Origin: Pristiophorus japonicus | Taxonomy: Eukaryota | NCBI RefSeq assembly: GCF_044704955.1 | Contig: NC_091983.1 | Span: 18,042,001-18,106,000 of the forward strand | DNA length: 64,000 bases | Direction: 5' to 3' | In this document: one piece after another, positions 12,080 to 25,300 of the stretch | Layout of the letters: every line of letters starts with the position of its first letter | Position numbering within the stretch: the stretch's first letter is position 1 | Translations under genes and position numbers: made by a program | The notes under the pieces: generated by a model | Told to the model about the DNA's origin: nothing | Database searches by the model: none | The model's input: the letters and a program-made list of their open reading frames with translations, nothing else

Positions 12080-13060
12080 GGGAGAGGAGAGGAGGGGAGG
12101 GGAGGGAGGGGTTAGAACGGCCATGGAAGGGGGAGATCGGAGGCCGGCGGTGGTGGGAGAGATCGGAAGGATCAGGAGCTAAATCGGCAGGGTCTGGGCG
12201 GAGGGGGATCGGAAGGGTCAGGGGAAGGTTGGAAGGGTCAGGGGGAGATCGGAAGGATCTGGGGGGGGGAGGGGAGATCATTGGGGTGGGGGTTGAGGGG
12301 ATCGTAAAGGTCGGTGGGGAGATCGTAAGGGTGGGGGAGAGAGATCGTAAGGGTCGGGGGGGGGGGGATTGTAAGGATTGGGGTGGGGGGAGGGGAAGAT
12401 CATAAGGGTCGGGGGGGAAATCGTAAGGGGTGGGGGTTGGGGAGATCGTAAGGGTCGGTGGGGAGTAGACCGTAAGGGTGGGGGGGGAGAGATCGTAAGG
12501 GTGGGGGGAGGGGAGGGAGAGATCGTAAGGGTCAGGGGGAGGGGGGGGGGGGGAGATCGTAAGGAACGGGGGGGGGATCGGGTCAGGGAGAGGCCGTAAG
12601 AGTCAGGGAAGATTGTAAGTATCGAGGGGAGATCGGAAGGTTGGGGGAGATCGGAAGGTCGGCGGGGGGGAGGGGGAAGAGATCGGAAGGGTCAGGGGGA
12701 GGTCAAAGGATCGGGGGGAGATTGGGAAGGTGGAAATTGGAAGGGTTAGGATGGGGGGAGGGGGGGAATTGGAAGGGTCTGGGGTGGATCAGAAGGATCA
12801 TGAGGGATTGGAATGGTCAAGGGAATCAGAATGGCCAGGGGAGTTTGGAATGGTGGGTGTATCAGAAGGGTCGGGTTCGGTGGTGGGTGGGGGGGGGTCG
12901 GAATGGTCGAAGGGGGTGGGACAGATTGGTCACTGCAGCCAGAGAGCACAGACGAGTGAGGGAGGGATCAGAAAGACTGGGTCGGTGGGAGATCGTGGCT
13001 CGGGGGCCAGCCGTTGTCACTGTGGTATCTGGAACAACGTATCGACTTTGGGATCGGGGG
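12080..13060 (+). repeat. Degenerate G-rich tandem repeat (core GGAGATCG(T/G)AAGGG) within a GC-rich interspersed repeat starting near 11920
   Basis: Many GATCGTAAGGG/GATCGGAAGGG cores separated by variable G tracts. Confidence 0.8.
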
Positions 13061-13063
13061 ACT

Positions 13064-13860
13064 TAGAAACATAGAAAATAGGTGCAGGAGCAGGCCATTC
13101 GGGCCTTCGAGCCTGCACCACCATTCAATAGGATCATGGCTGATCATGCAACTTCAGTACCTCATTCCTGCCTTCTCTCCATACCCCCGATCCCTTTAGC
13201 CGTAAGGGCCACATCTAACTCCCTTTTGAATACATCCAACGAACTGGCCTCAACAACTCTCTGCGGTAGAGAATTCCACAGGCTCACCATTCTCTGGGTG
13301 AAAAAGTTTCTCCTCATCTCAGTCCGAGATGGCTTACCCCTTATCCTTAGACTGTGACCTCTGGTTCTGGACTTCCCCAACACCGGGAACATTCTTCCTA
13401 CATCTAATCCCATCAGTATTTTATATGTTTCTATATGAGATCCCCTCTCATTCTTCTAAATTCCAGTGAATATAAGCCTAGTCGATCCAGTCTTTCTTCA
13501 TTATGTCAGTCCTGCCATCCCAGGAATCAGTCTGGTGAACCTTCGCTGCACTCCCTCAATAGTAAGAATGCCCTTCCTCAGATTAGGAGACCAAAACTGT
13601 ACACAATACTCAAGGTGTCGTCTCACCAAGACCCTGTACAACTGCAGTAAGACCTCCCTGCTCCTATATTCAAATCCTCTCGATATGAAGGCCAACATGC
13701 CTTTTGCTTTCTTAGCTGCCTGCTGTACCTGCATGCCTACTTTCAATGACTGATGTACCATGGCACCTAGGTCTTGTTGCACCTTCCCTTTTACTAATCT
13801 GTCACCATTCAGATAATAATCTGCCTTGCTGTTTTTGCCACCAAAGTGGATTACCTCACA
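13064..13860 (-). mobile_element. CR1 LINE, 3' half of a copy split by a nested insertion
   Basis: ORF2 remnants RPHLEYCVQFWSP-like and MLGKSRTRGH-like plus tail. The sequence resumes at 16263. Confidence 0.9.
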
Positions 13861-13861
13861 C

Positions 13862-16262
13862 TATAACGATGGTTTTCTAGACCAATACGTCGAGGAACCA
13901 ACTAGAGAGCTGGCCATCCGAGACTGGGTGTTGTGTCATGAGAGAGGATTAATTAGCAATCTTGTTGTGTGAGGCCCCTTGGGGAAGAGTCACCATAATA
14001 TAGTAGATTCTTCATTAAGATGGAGAGTGACACAATTAATTCAGAGACTAGAGTCCTGAACATAAAGAAAGGTAACTTCGATGGTATGAGACGTAAATTG
14101 GCTAGGATAGACTGGCGAATGATACTTAAAGGGTTGACGGTGGATAGGCAATGGCAGACATTTAAAGATCACTTGGATGAACTTCAACAATTGTACATCC
14201 CTTCTGGCATAAAAATAAAACGGGGAAAGTGGCTCAACCGTGGCAAACAAGGGAAATTAGGGATAATGTTAAATCCAAGGAAGAGACATATAAATTGGCC
14301 AGAAAAAGCAGCAAACCTGAGGACTGGGAGAAATTTAGAATTCAGCAGAGGAGGACAAAGGGTTTAATTAGGAAGGAGAAAATAGAGTATGAGAGTATGC
14401 TTACAGAGAACATAAAAACTGACTGCAAAAGCTTCTATAGATATGTGAAGAGAAAAAGATTAGTGACGACAAATGTAGGTCCTTTGCAGTCAGAATCAGG
14501 TGAATTTATAATGGAGAACAAAGAAATGGCAGGCCAATTTAACAAATACTTTGGTTTCATCTTCACTAAGGAAGACACAAGTATCCTTCCGGAAATACTA
14601 GAGGAGGAGGAACTGAAAGAAATCCTTATTAGTCAAGAAATTGTGTTAGGGAAATTGATGGGACTGAAGGCCGATAAAGCCCCAGGCCCAGATAGTCTGC
14701 ATCCCAGAGTACTTAAGGAAGTGGCCCTAGAAATAGTGGATGCATTGGTGGTCATTTTCCAACATTCTATAGACTCTGGATCAGTTCCTATGGATTGGAG
14801 AGTAGCTAATGTAACCCCACTTTTTAAAAAAAGGCGGCAGAGAGAAAACGGAATTATAGACCGGTTAGCCTGATATCAGTAGTGGGGAAAATATTGGAAA
14901 CAATTATTAAAGATGAAATAGCAGCGCATTTGGAAAGCAGTGACAGGATCGGTCCAAATCAGCATAGATTTATGAAAGGGAAATCATGCTTGACAAATCT
15001 TCTAGAATATTTTGAGGATGTAACTGGTAGAGTGGACAAGGGAGAACTAGTGGATGTGGTGTATTTGGACTTTCAAAAGGCTTTTGGCAAGGTCCCACAC
15101 AAGAGATTAGTGTGCAAAATTAAAGCACATGGTATTGGGGTAATGTATTGACGTAGATTAAGAACTGGTTGGCAGACAAGAAACAAAGAATAGGAATGAA
15201 CGGGTCCTTTTCAGAATGACCGGCAGTGACTAGTGGGGTACCGCAAGGTTCAGTGCTGGGACCCCAGCTATTTTCAATATACATTAATGATTTAGACGAA
15301 GAAATTGAATGTAATATCTCCAAGTTTGCAGATGACACTAAGCTGGGTAGCAATGTGAGCTGTGAGGAGGATGCTAAGAGGCTGCAGGGTGACTTGGATA
15401 GGTTAGATGAGTGGGCAAATGCATGGCAGATACAGTATAATGAAGATAAATGTGAGGTTATCCACTTTGGTGGCAAAAACAGGAAGGCAGATTATTATCT
15501 GACTGGTGATAGATTAGGAAAAGGAGAGGTGCAACGAGACCTGGGTGTCATGGTACATCAGTCATTGAAAGTTGGCATGCAGGTACAGCAGGCAGTGAAG
15601 AAGGCAAATGGCATGTTGGCCTTCATAGCGAGAGGATTTGAGTATAGGAGCAGGGAGGTCTTACTGCAATTGTACAGGGCCTTGGTGAGGCCACACCTTG
15701 AATATTATCTTCAGTTTTGGTCTCCTAACCTGAGGAAGGACATTCTTGCTATTGAAGGAGTGCAGCGAAGGTTCACCAGACTGATTCCCGGGATGGCAGG
15801 ACTGACTTATGAAGAAAGACTGGATCGACTAGGCTTATATTCACTGGAATTTAGAAGAATGAGAGAGGATCTCATAGAAACATATAAAATTCTGACAGGA
15901 TTGGACAGGTTAGATGCAGGAAGAATGTTCTCGATGTTGGGGAAGTCCAGAACCAGGGGTCACAGTCTAAGGGTAAGGGGTAAGCCATTTAGGACCGAGA
16001 TGAGGAGAAACTTCTTCACTCATAGAGAATTGTGAACCTGTGGAATTCTCTACCACAGCAAGTTGTTGAGGCCAGTTCGTTTGATTTATTCAAAAGGGAG
16101 TTAGATGTGGCCCTTACGGCTAAAGTGATCAAGGGGTATGCAGAGAAAGCAGGAATAGGGTACTAAAGTTGCAAAAATGATTAGCCATGATCATATTGAA
16201 TGGTGGTGCAGGCTCGAAGGGCCGAATGGCCTACCCCTGCACCTATTTTCTATGTTTCTATG
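13862..16262 (+). mobile_element. CR1 LINE, 5'-truncated ORF2 pseudogene (about 2.4 kb)
   Basis: RT motifs [22 protein letters not shown] and KFADDTKL, with frameshifts and a (TTCTATGT)n tail. Confidence 0.93.
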
Positions 16263-16707
16263 TTATCTACATTATACTGCATCTGCCATGCATTTGCCCA
16301 CTCACCTAACCTGTCCAAGTCACTCTGCAGCCTTTTAGCATCCTCCTCACAGCTCACACTGCCACTCAGCTTAGTGTCATCTGCAAGCTTGGAGCTATTA
16401 CATCAATTCCTTCATCTTAATCATTAATATATATTGTAAAGAGCTGGGGTTCCAGCACTGAACCTTGCGGTACCCCACTAGTCACTGCCTGCCATTCTGA
16501 AAAGGACCCGTTTATTCCCACTCTTTGCTTCCTGTCTGCCAACCAGTTCTCCATCCACGTCAATACATTACCCCCAATACCATGTGCTTTAATTTTGCAC
16601 ACTAATCTCTTGTGTTGGACCTTGTGAAAAGTCTTTTGAAAGTCCAAATACACCACATCCAGTGGTTCTCCCTTATCCACTCTACTAGTTGCAGCCTCAA
16701 AAATTTC
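16263..16707 (-). mobile_element. CR1 LINE, 5' half of the copy at 13064-13860
   Basis: VYLDFQK and SGVPQGSVL on the minus strand. It begins at TTATCTACATTATAC, the continuation of ...CCTCACA at 13860. Confidence 0.88.
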
Positions 16708-16989
16708 ACGTGCAGCTTTGAGTTATAGTCACGTTAAATAATGCTGCTTATTTGGAGCTTTGGTCCAACAATGAATCCTCAGCCAATTTGTCACTATGTC
16801 CCTCCTCCTTTGTCTCTTCCTTCTTAATACCTGCAATCCAGAGCTATGGGTCTTCACTGATTGTGAGGTTCTGGGCTGCACCATATCGCCAGGACTGTGG
16901 CTTTTATTGACTCTACCAAATCAATGATGGCACTGTTCAGGAAGTCAAATCAGTCACGCCGTGTGCTCCAGGATTCCTTGGCATATTGT

Positions 16990-17285
16990 TTTGATAAGGT
17001 TAAATAAGAAGAAACTATCTCCACTGGCAGGATGGTCGGTGACCAGAGGACCCAGAGTTTAGGTAATTGGCAAAAGAACCAGAAGGGCGAGGAGGAGAAA
17101 TGTTTTTATGCAGCGAGTTCTGAAGCGGTGGAAGCAAATTCAAATGTAACTTTCAGAAGGGAATTGGATAAATACTTGAAGGGAAAATTTTCCAGGGCTA
17201 TGGGGACTGAGTGGAGGAGTTAGGCTAATTGGAGCTCTTTCACAGGCATGATGGGCCGAACATCCTTTTCTGTGCTGCATGATGC
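16990..17285 (+). mobile_element. CR1-family 3' end (older subfamily)
   Basis: Peptide EAVEANSNVTFRRELDKYLK and a 3' UTR like 11635-11840. Confidence 0.65.
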
Positions 17286-17925
17286 GTCGATTGTCTGGGG
17301 CAGGATGCAAGGTTCTTCTCTGTTTGCTTGAATCGTTCTCTTTAGAGGGAGTCAGCAGGTATTTCAGAGTGACAAGGCCCAATAAACATGATATGGACTG
17401 AGACTATAACCGTGCAAGTGGTGGTTGACTACCCAGCTCCACACGTGGGACAGCGGGGACTGCAGATACAAAGTTAGACTCGTGTTTGGGCACATCCTCA
17501 TGGCATGGTTTGGGAAGCCTCCGAGTCCACCTCCGGGGGGATATTTACGCTTTACATTAACTATCCCTGGGGCAAGAGAGTGCAAAGGGTAACCAGTACC
17601 AAGCAGCTCAGTGGCTGAGTGAGTGATACTGTTCCAGGTAGTACTGGGATGCAAGGTCCTTGTCTGAGGGGAGTTCCATGCGACTGGGCTGAAGGGATCA
17701 TTGGGCATTTGCCCTTGATGTACACCGAACTTGGTTTTCGCTAAAAGCCAAAATTCTTCTAATGCTGGCATGCTGTTGGTATAGATTGGTGCCAGAATCT
17801 GTGGAGCCAAGCTAATGCTCCTACATCCAGAACAAAGAACCAAATTGAAATGGTCACAAACATAAGCTTCAACTCTTCAGAGTTCAGTGACGGCACAAGG
17901 CAATTTAGAACATCAACATCCAAAA

Positions 17926-18376
17926 CCTTGGAGAGTCTGATCTCGGGACACCTTGGAGAGTCTGATCTCGGGACACCTTGGAGAGTCTGATCTCGGGACA
18001 CCTTGGAGAGTCTGATCTCGGGACACCTTGGAGAGTCTGATCTCGGGACACCTTGGAGAGTCTGATCTCGGGACACCTTGGAGTCTGATCACAGGCACCT
18101 TGGAGAGTCTGATCTCGGGACACCTTGGAGAGTCTGATCTCGGGACACCTTGGAGAGTCTGATCTCGGGACACCTTGGAGAGTCTGATCTCGGGACACCT
18201 TGGAGAGTCTGATCTCGGGACACCTTGGAGAGTCTGATCTCGGGACACCTTGGAGAGTCTGATCTCGGGACACCTTGGAGAGTCTGATCTCGGGACACCT
18301 TGGAGAGTCTGATCTCGGGACACCTTGGAGAGTCTGATCTCGGGACACCTTGGAGAGTCTGATCTCGGGACACCTT
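17926..18376. repeat. Minisatellite, 25-bp unit CCTTGGAGAGTCTGATCTCGGGACA, about 18 copies
   Basis: Nearly identical head-to-tail units with no spacers, and one variant unit near 18076-18097. Confidence 0.97.
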
Positions 18377-20160
18377 GCAGTAGGCATTGCCTCCTCATAG
18401 GTGGCTGGGAAGGAAACCCAAGGGAAAGTTGCAATTCTGGGTCCAATTGTCTGAACCAGCCTATTGGTAACAAGAAATATGTGGTCCTTACAGACCCGTA
18501 TGGGGAGAAGAGTAAGGGAAAGAAATTAGAGGAATTCGATAGCCTCCAAATAAAGTGACCAAAGCCTCAGTGATTCAACAAGTATTATAATATGAATATA
18601 AAAACCCAGAAGTATAACATAATATCTCATTGTTTATCGATTGGAATAAGGAAAGAATTGGCACCTTCAGGAAGATTTACTACTAAATAGTGAAAATGAA
18701 CTCAGCAAAATAAAGGTTTCATACATACTTATTAGGAGCAGCTGTCAGGGAATAAAATAGTCCTCAAATTAAATTAGGTCGAAGCATTTGAAAAGTAATA
18801 ATGTAACAGTTAAGAATGAAAACATAAGAAATTCCATGCAAACATAATATACATTCAAAAAGACAAGAGATATGGCACTTTCAACAAAAACCTGGGAAGG
18901 CTCTTGGGTATTTACACATTCTGCATATCTTGAGCTGTGCTGGGTTGTTGCAAACTGAATCACTGCTCTTTTCAATTTTCTCTGACAAGATCGTTCAATG
19001 TTAACTAATCAAAGTGCTGCGTCTCTACTTTGGAATCTGAAGTTAGGTATTATTGGAAAAGCAACTGGAACAGATCATTTAAATAAAACCCCTTATCACT
19101 TTCAAATTGGTATCAAATGACTCATCTCATTTTTTATGCTGCATTTATTTTATTGCCATAGATACTATCATCTAATTCTGATTCAAAGGAGAATCATTTT
19201 ATTTCAAAACACATTGTGTGTGTTAGAGGGGCAGTTAAGATGTCTACTCTATAACTCGGTGTCTACACAGCCAACTGAACAGCCTTGTTTTAACCATGTA
19301 TCTGATATGTTCAGTCATTTTTCAGTTGGGATTGATTGAGGAGTACATGTCCAAGTTCTCAGAGCACCAGCCCAGAAAGCTTTGGGGGAGTTGTAATACA
19401 ATGTCAAAATGACACAGTGCAGTGGAACCTTTAGTAGTACCTGGGAGGTCTGTTTTTTAACATATTGCAGCAACTTGCTCTCACAAAAGTTCAGCAACAC
19501 ATCCACTAACTATGATATTGAGTTTTACTTGTGTTCAAAATATTACAATGGCTTTCTATTCAGCCTCTACGTACAAATGGAAAGGTCATCAAGTGACTTA
19601 TGTACATCCATTTCTTGTTCTGGGATATACCGTAGGTCTTCTGATTCAAGACGTCAGGCTGAACTGATAGAATGGTTTTTACCGTTTTCTACCCTGCATA
19701 CATTGAGGACATTGTGGTGCCAATGACAGAGCCAGCTGAGGTCCCATGGGCCCATGGACTCACTCCACAAACTACATGACAGATTTACAGATGAAGTCAT
19801 CAAGGCGATGCGGAAAGGTAATGTGATGCGATCTGTATGATATACACGTATACAGTCAACATTCTTAATTGAAGGTTGTTCAGTTCAAATTATCTCATAA
19901 TTCAACTGTTTTAACATCCGAGTTTTTCGTGTTATTTAAGTTGCTTAATTTAAATTATTGTATTATTCAATGTTTTAGCACAACAAATTATCAGGAGCAG
20001 ACTGTACACGGGCCTGTTTGGGTGTTTATACTATATTCGGGACCTGTTGGATTATACAACATGGGGGGGGGGGGGGGAAGAAATTCAGTGCCTCCCGCAA
20101 TGGGTCACACCTACCACTGTTGATGTGTTTTTACCGCTGCTGTGGAGGAGGTGGCCTCTT

Positions 20161-21098
20161 GAGCGAAATTCAGCTCTTTGGAATATTTTTTGGAGTAGAC
20201 CAAAGTTGGTCATAACGGGGGCAGTAGTGTGGTGGTGAGCACTCTAGAGGGGTGGAGGTGGAGGCGGGACAAAGTCACTCCACTGTCAGTCATCAGCCTG
20301 GCGCTGATGATGTTATGACACGTGTGCGTCATCACGTCTCCTCCCTTCACTTAAAGGGGAGGAGCGCTGCGAGCTCTGCCATTATTTCAGTTGGGTCCAC
20401 TGGGCCACCAGGAAGGGTTTTGGCCGGGCCACCGGTCTGGCTCCCAAGAGGGGGTGTCAGGCCGCCTGTTGGCGGCCCGGCTGAACCCGGGTGGTATAAT
20501 TGTCGGGCCGACCCGGCAGTCTGCCGACAATAAAAAATAAGATGGCGGCCGTGGTCGTGCGCCCTCCACTTGAATGGCCGTCGCACCGCCATGCTGCACA
20601 CGCTGAAAACACAGTGCACCGACAGAAAAAGCTATCAGGCACTGTTCGGCGGCCTGAAGATTTTTGTAGCTGAATTTGGACGGAGGTGCGGGAGATTGAC
20701 GGTGCGCGCTTTGGTGACGCATTTAGGAGGTGTCGGCAGCGGCGGGGCAGAAATGGGGACTGCTGAAAAAATCACCGAGGAGAACTTCGCTGGTAACATA
20801 GAAACATAGAAAATAGGTGCAGGAGTAGGCCATTCGGCCCTTCGAGCCTGCACCGCCATTCAATGAGTTCATGGCTGAACATGCAACTTCAGTACCCCAT
20901 TCATGCTTTCTCGCCATATCCTTCGCCAAGACCTGCTCAATCCTCTCCTGCACTAACCCAGGACGCCGGGGGAAAAGGCATTAGCAACATAGCTCATCAT
21001 TTGGCCATTGGACTGCAAATCGGCGGCCACTCGACTCCGCCGCTTGGCTGCTGCTTTCCGATGGTAACAGGCCTCAGCAGGAGGTTGAATTTCAGCCC
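20161..21098. mobile_element. CpG-rich non-autonomous TIR element, interrupted by a CR1 3' end
   Basis: Termini GAGCGAAATTCAGC and GTTGAATTTCAGCCC. Core TCCCTTCACTTAAAGGGGAGGAGCGCTGCGAGCTCTGC. Confidence 0.5.
20795..20921 (-). mobile_element. CR1 LINE 3' terminal fragment
   Basis: Nearly identical to 2602-2726. Confidence 0.85.
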
Positions 21099-21119
21099 TA
21101 GGGAGTTTTATTAGATACT

Positions 21120-21518
21120 AGGAGCATAGGAACAGGAGTAGGCCAGTGACTCCCTTGAGTCCGTTATACCATTCAGTTAGATCATTGCTGATCTATAGGT
21201 CAACGACATTTACTTGCCTTTGATCCATATCCCTCGATACCTTTAACCAACAAAAGTCTATGGATCTCAGTCTTGAAATTTTCAATTGGCTCCCAGCATC
21301 CACTAACACTCGGGAGTGGAAGCCAGTATCAGATTTTCACTACCATTTGTGTGAAAAAGTGCTGTGTGATTTTGCTCCTAAATGCCTAGCTCTAATTGTA
21401 ACATTATGCTCTCTATGTCTGTACTCCCCAACCAGAAGGAATAAATTCTCTACATCTACCCGATCGAATCCCTTTATCATTTTAAACACCTCAATTAGAT
21501 CACCCCTCAACCGTCTAT
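21120..21518 (-). mobile_element. Diverged CR1 3' end
   Basis: GGAACAGGAGTAGGCCA...TTTAAACACCTCAATTAGATCACCCCT (RGDLIEVFK on the minus strand). Confidence 0.7.
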
Positions 21519-22025
21519 AATTATATGTGTATTATAATGGTGCATTATTGGTGCCCATTCTCACGTGAAAGACTACAAACTCTAGAGGTATCTTGGCCTT
21601 TCTCAGGGATGATAGTACATTGACAATGAACAAGCCCAATTTGATGGCTGATCTGGGGTATAACTTGCAATATAAATTTTCCAAGTCACCTAATTATATC
21701 TCAGCAATGTTTCAAAGCAGCAAAGTAGAACTTTCATGTGCAATTGTTAAAGGTTGTATAAATGATTTTAAGCTTGATTGTGCCTTACACCTTGTTCGTA
21801 ATTGCCAGTGGAAGCAGAGTCGATCTCTCATTTCCCACTGTAAGAATTAATTCTAGACCATTTGGAACAAACAGATGGTGCATCTTTCAGTGTAAACCTG
21901 TATCGGCTTCATTAGCATGTTAATAATTGGTGTTACTTTTATGAAGTGTGGAAATGACATGAAGGGTTCTTTATACAATAAATGCCATAACAAATGTTAG
22001 TGGTAGCTGTTGTTAATGTATGGGG

Positions 22026-22189
22026 CAATGTTCCCTCGAATTTTATTTTGTGCAGGGTTCGTTTAGACTTGCTATACGGCCGCACATGCTCAGTACCTCT
22101 TCCAGTGGCAGGAGCTGGTGAGCAGCCTGGGCGGGACCTCGTGATCGGTCCGTGACCACGCAGCCGCACACCTTGGGGGGGGAACATTG
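22026..22189. mobile_element. Small MITE-like element with 10-bp TIR CAATGTTCCC (hAT-like ends)
   Basis: CAATGTTCCC at 22026 and GGGAACATTG ending at 22189, CpG-rich interior. No 8-bp TSD found. Confidence 0.5.
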
Positions 22190-22329
22190 GAGCGCGGCCC
22201 TCAATAGCGCACCACAACTTGTTATGTGGCTCTCTAGCCCAAATAGTCGCTCACCCAGGGCCAATACTCACCCTACCAATAATCTCTAGTAATTACGACT
22301 CATACCTCACAAACATAGCTTTACCTCCC

Positions 22330-25300
22330 ACTCACAAATACAAGGCATCGTGGCAACACCCTCGCTCCAAACACTGGCACCTGCTCGAATATGTCATCAT
22401 CCGAGCCAGAAATCACAAGGATGTGTGCATCACCTGCGCCATTAGTGAAGACAAACGTAGGTCCCTTGCAGCCAGATTCAGGTGAACTTATAATAGGGAA
22501 CAAAGAAATGGCAGACCAGTTGAACAAATACTTTGGGTTCTGTCTTCATGAAGGAAGACACAAATACGCTTCCGGAAATACTAGGGGACCGAGGGTCTAG
22601 TGAAAAGGAGGAACTGAAGGAAATCCTTATTAGGCGGGAAATTGTGTAAGGGAAATTAATGGGATTGAAGGCCGATAAATCTCCGGTGCCTCATAGTCTG
22701 CATCTCAGAGTACTTAAGGAAGTGGCCCGAGAAATAGTGGATGCATTGGTGATCATTTTCCAACAGTCTATCGACTCTGGATCAGTTCCTATGGACTGGA
22801 GGGTAGCTAATGTAACACCACTTTTTAAAAAAGAAGGGAAAGAGAAAACGGGTAATTATAGATCGGTTAGCTTGACATCAATAGTAGGGAAAATGTTGGA
22901 ATCAATTATTAAAGATGAAATAGCAGTGCATTTGGAAAACAGTGACAGGATCGGTCCAAGTCAGCATGGATTTATGAAAAGTAATTCATGCTTGACAAAT
23001 CTTCTGGAATTTTTTGAGGATGTAACTAGTAGAGTGGACAAGGGAGATCCAGTGGATGTGGTATATTTGGACTTTCAAAAGGCTTTTGACAAGGTTCCAC
23101 ACAAGAGATTGGTGTGCAAAAATAAAGCATTTGGTATTGGGAATAATGTAATAATGTGGATAGAGAACTGGTTGGCAGACAGGAAGCAGAGAGTCGGGAT
23201 GAACGGGTCCTTTTCAGAATGGCAGGCAGTGACAAGTGAGGTGCCACAGGGCTCAGTGCTGGGACCCCAGCTATTTACAATATACATTAATGATTTAGAT
23301 GAAGGAATTGAGTGTAATATCTCCAAGTTTGCAGATGACACTAAGCTGGGTGGCGGTGTGAGCTGTGATGAGGATGCTAAGAGGCTGCAGGGTGACTTGG
23401 GCAAGTTAGGTGAGTGGGCAAACGCATGGCAGATGCAGTATAATATGGATAAATGTGAGGTTATCCACTTTGGTGGCAAAAACACGAAGGCAGAATATTA
23501 TCTGAATGGCGGCAGATTAGGAAAAGGGGAGGTGCAACGAGACCTGAGTTTCATGCTACATCAGTCATTGAAAGTTGGCATGCAGGTACAGCAGGTGGTG
23601 AAGATGACAAATGGTATGTTGACTTTCATAGCTAGGGGATTTGAGTATAGGAACAGGGAGGTCTTACTGCAGTTGTACAGGGCCTTGGTGAGGCCTCACC
23701 TGGAATATTGTGTTCAGTTTTGGTCTCCTAAATGAGGAAGGACGTTCTTGCTATTGAGGAAGTGCAGCGAAGGTTCACCAGACTGATTCCAGGGATGGCA
23801 GGACTGACATATGAGGAGAGACTGGATCGACTGGGCCTGTATTCACTGGAGTTTAGAAGAATGAGAGGGGATCTCATAGAAACATATAAAATACTGATGG
23901 GACTGGACAGGTTAGATGCAGGAAAAATTTTCCCAATATTGGGGAAGTCCAGAACCAGGGGACACAGTCTAAGGATAAGGGGTAAGCCATTTAGGACTGA
24001 GATGAGGAGAAACTTCTTCACTCAGATAGTTGTTAACCTGTGGAATTCCCTACCACAAAGAGTTGTTGATGCCAGTTCATTGGATATATTCAAGAGGGAG
24101 TTAGATATGGCCCTTATGGCTAAGGGGATCAAGGGGTATGGAGAGAAAGCAGGAAAGGGGTACTAAGGTGAATGATCAGCCATGATCTTATTTAATGGTG
24201 GTGCAGGCTCGAAGGGCCGAATGGCCTACTCCTGCACCTATTTTCTATGTTTCTATGACAGGAACTGACGACTGCTGACGGACCACCGCCTAATCCGATC
24301 AATCATCGACATTAACATAGCTCCTTGCGCCTTGATGAACCTGAGATGCTGAATGCCCACAGCGTTTGCTCTGCCCTCCAGGCTTCCATAACCAGTGCCT
24401 GTGAAGAGACATTCGGTCACTCAACCAGAAAACATCAGGACTGATTTGATGAGAATGATCAGGAGATCCAAGAACTAATAGATCGTAAGAGTGCAGAGCA
24501 TTTCTGAACGTCATGCAACAACCCAAATCGGAAGCTGCAATGCAACTTTAGAGATGGCTCAAGATTGAGGTCCAACAAAAAGCCCGGGACCTAAAGAACA
24601 GGTGGTGGATGGAGAAAGCACAGAGAATACAACAACTGGCCGACAGCCACGATATGCGAGGATTCTACATCGCAGTTAAGGCCACCTATGGTCCAAACTC
24701 CCAAGGCCCCACCCCACTCCTGGCCAAGAACGGGGAAACACTCATCAGGGACACCGAGACTGTCAGGGCCCACTGGAAGGAGCACTTCGAAGATCTCCTC
24801 AATCGAGACTCTGCCTTTGACTCGAGAGTTCTCGACTCCATCCCGCAGCATGTGACCCGCCACCACCTCAGTGAGACCCCAACACTGCGCGAGGTAGGCA
24901 AAGCCATAAAACAGCTCAAGAATAACAAGGATATGGGAGCGGATGGAATCCCTGCTGAGGCGCTAAAGTATGGCAGAGAGGCGCTGTTGGCGCGGATACA
25001 TGATCTCATCTCTCTCATCTGGAGGGAGGAGAGCATGCCGAGAGATCTCAGAGATGCAGTGATCATGACCATCTTTAAAAAAGGGGGACATATTCGACTG
25101 CGGCAATTACAGGGGAATCTCCCTACTAGAGTTCTCCTCAACCGTCTTGTCCCTGTGGCCGAGGAGCTCCTCCCGGAGTCACAGTGCGGATTTCGTCCCC
25201 TACGGGACACAACGGACATGATCTTTGCAACGCGACAGCTGCAGGAAAAATGCAGGGAGCAGTGCCAGCTATTATACATGGCCTTCTTCGACCTTACAAA

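Noticed and set aside
12378-13074. Gly/Arg-rich and Pro-rich ORFs
   Set aside because: They are low-complexity by-products of the G-rich array.
17905-18473. Repetitive ORFs and CRISPR-like look of the 25-bp array
   Set aside because: The units are contiguous with no unique spacers, there are no cas genes, and the context is vertebrate.
22659-23735. Reverse-transcriptase ORFs (also 15226-16035, 49366-50283, 58863-60296) as functional genes or retron-like systems
   Set aside because: They are multicopy, truncated or frameshifted CR1 ORF2 pieces with typical LINE tails.
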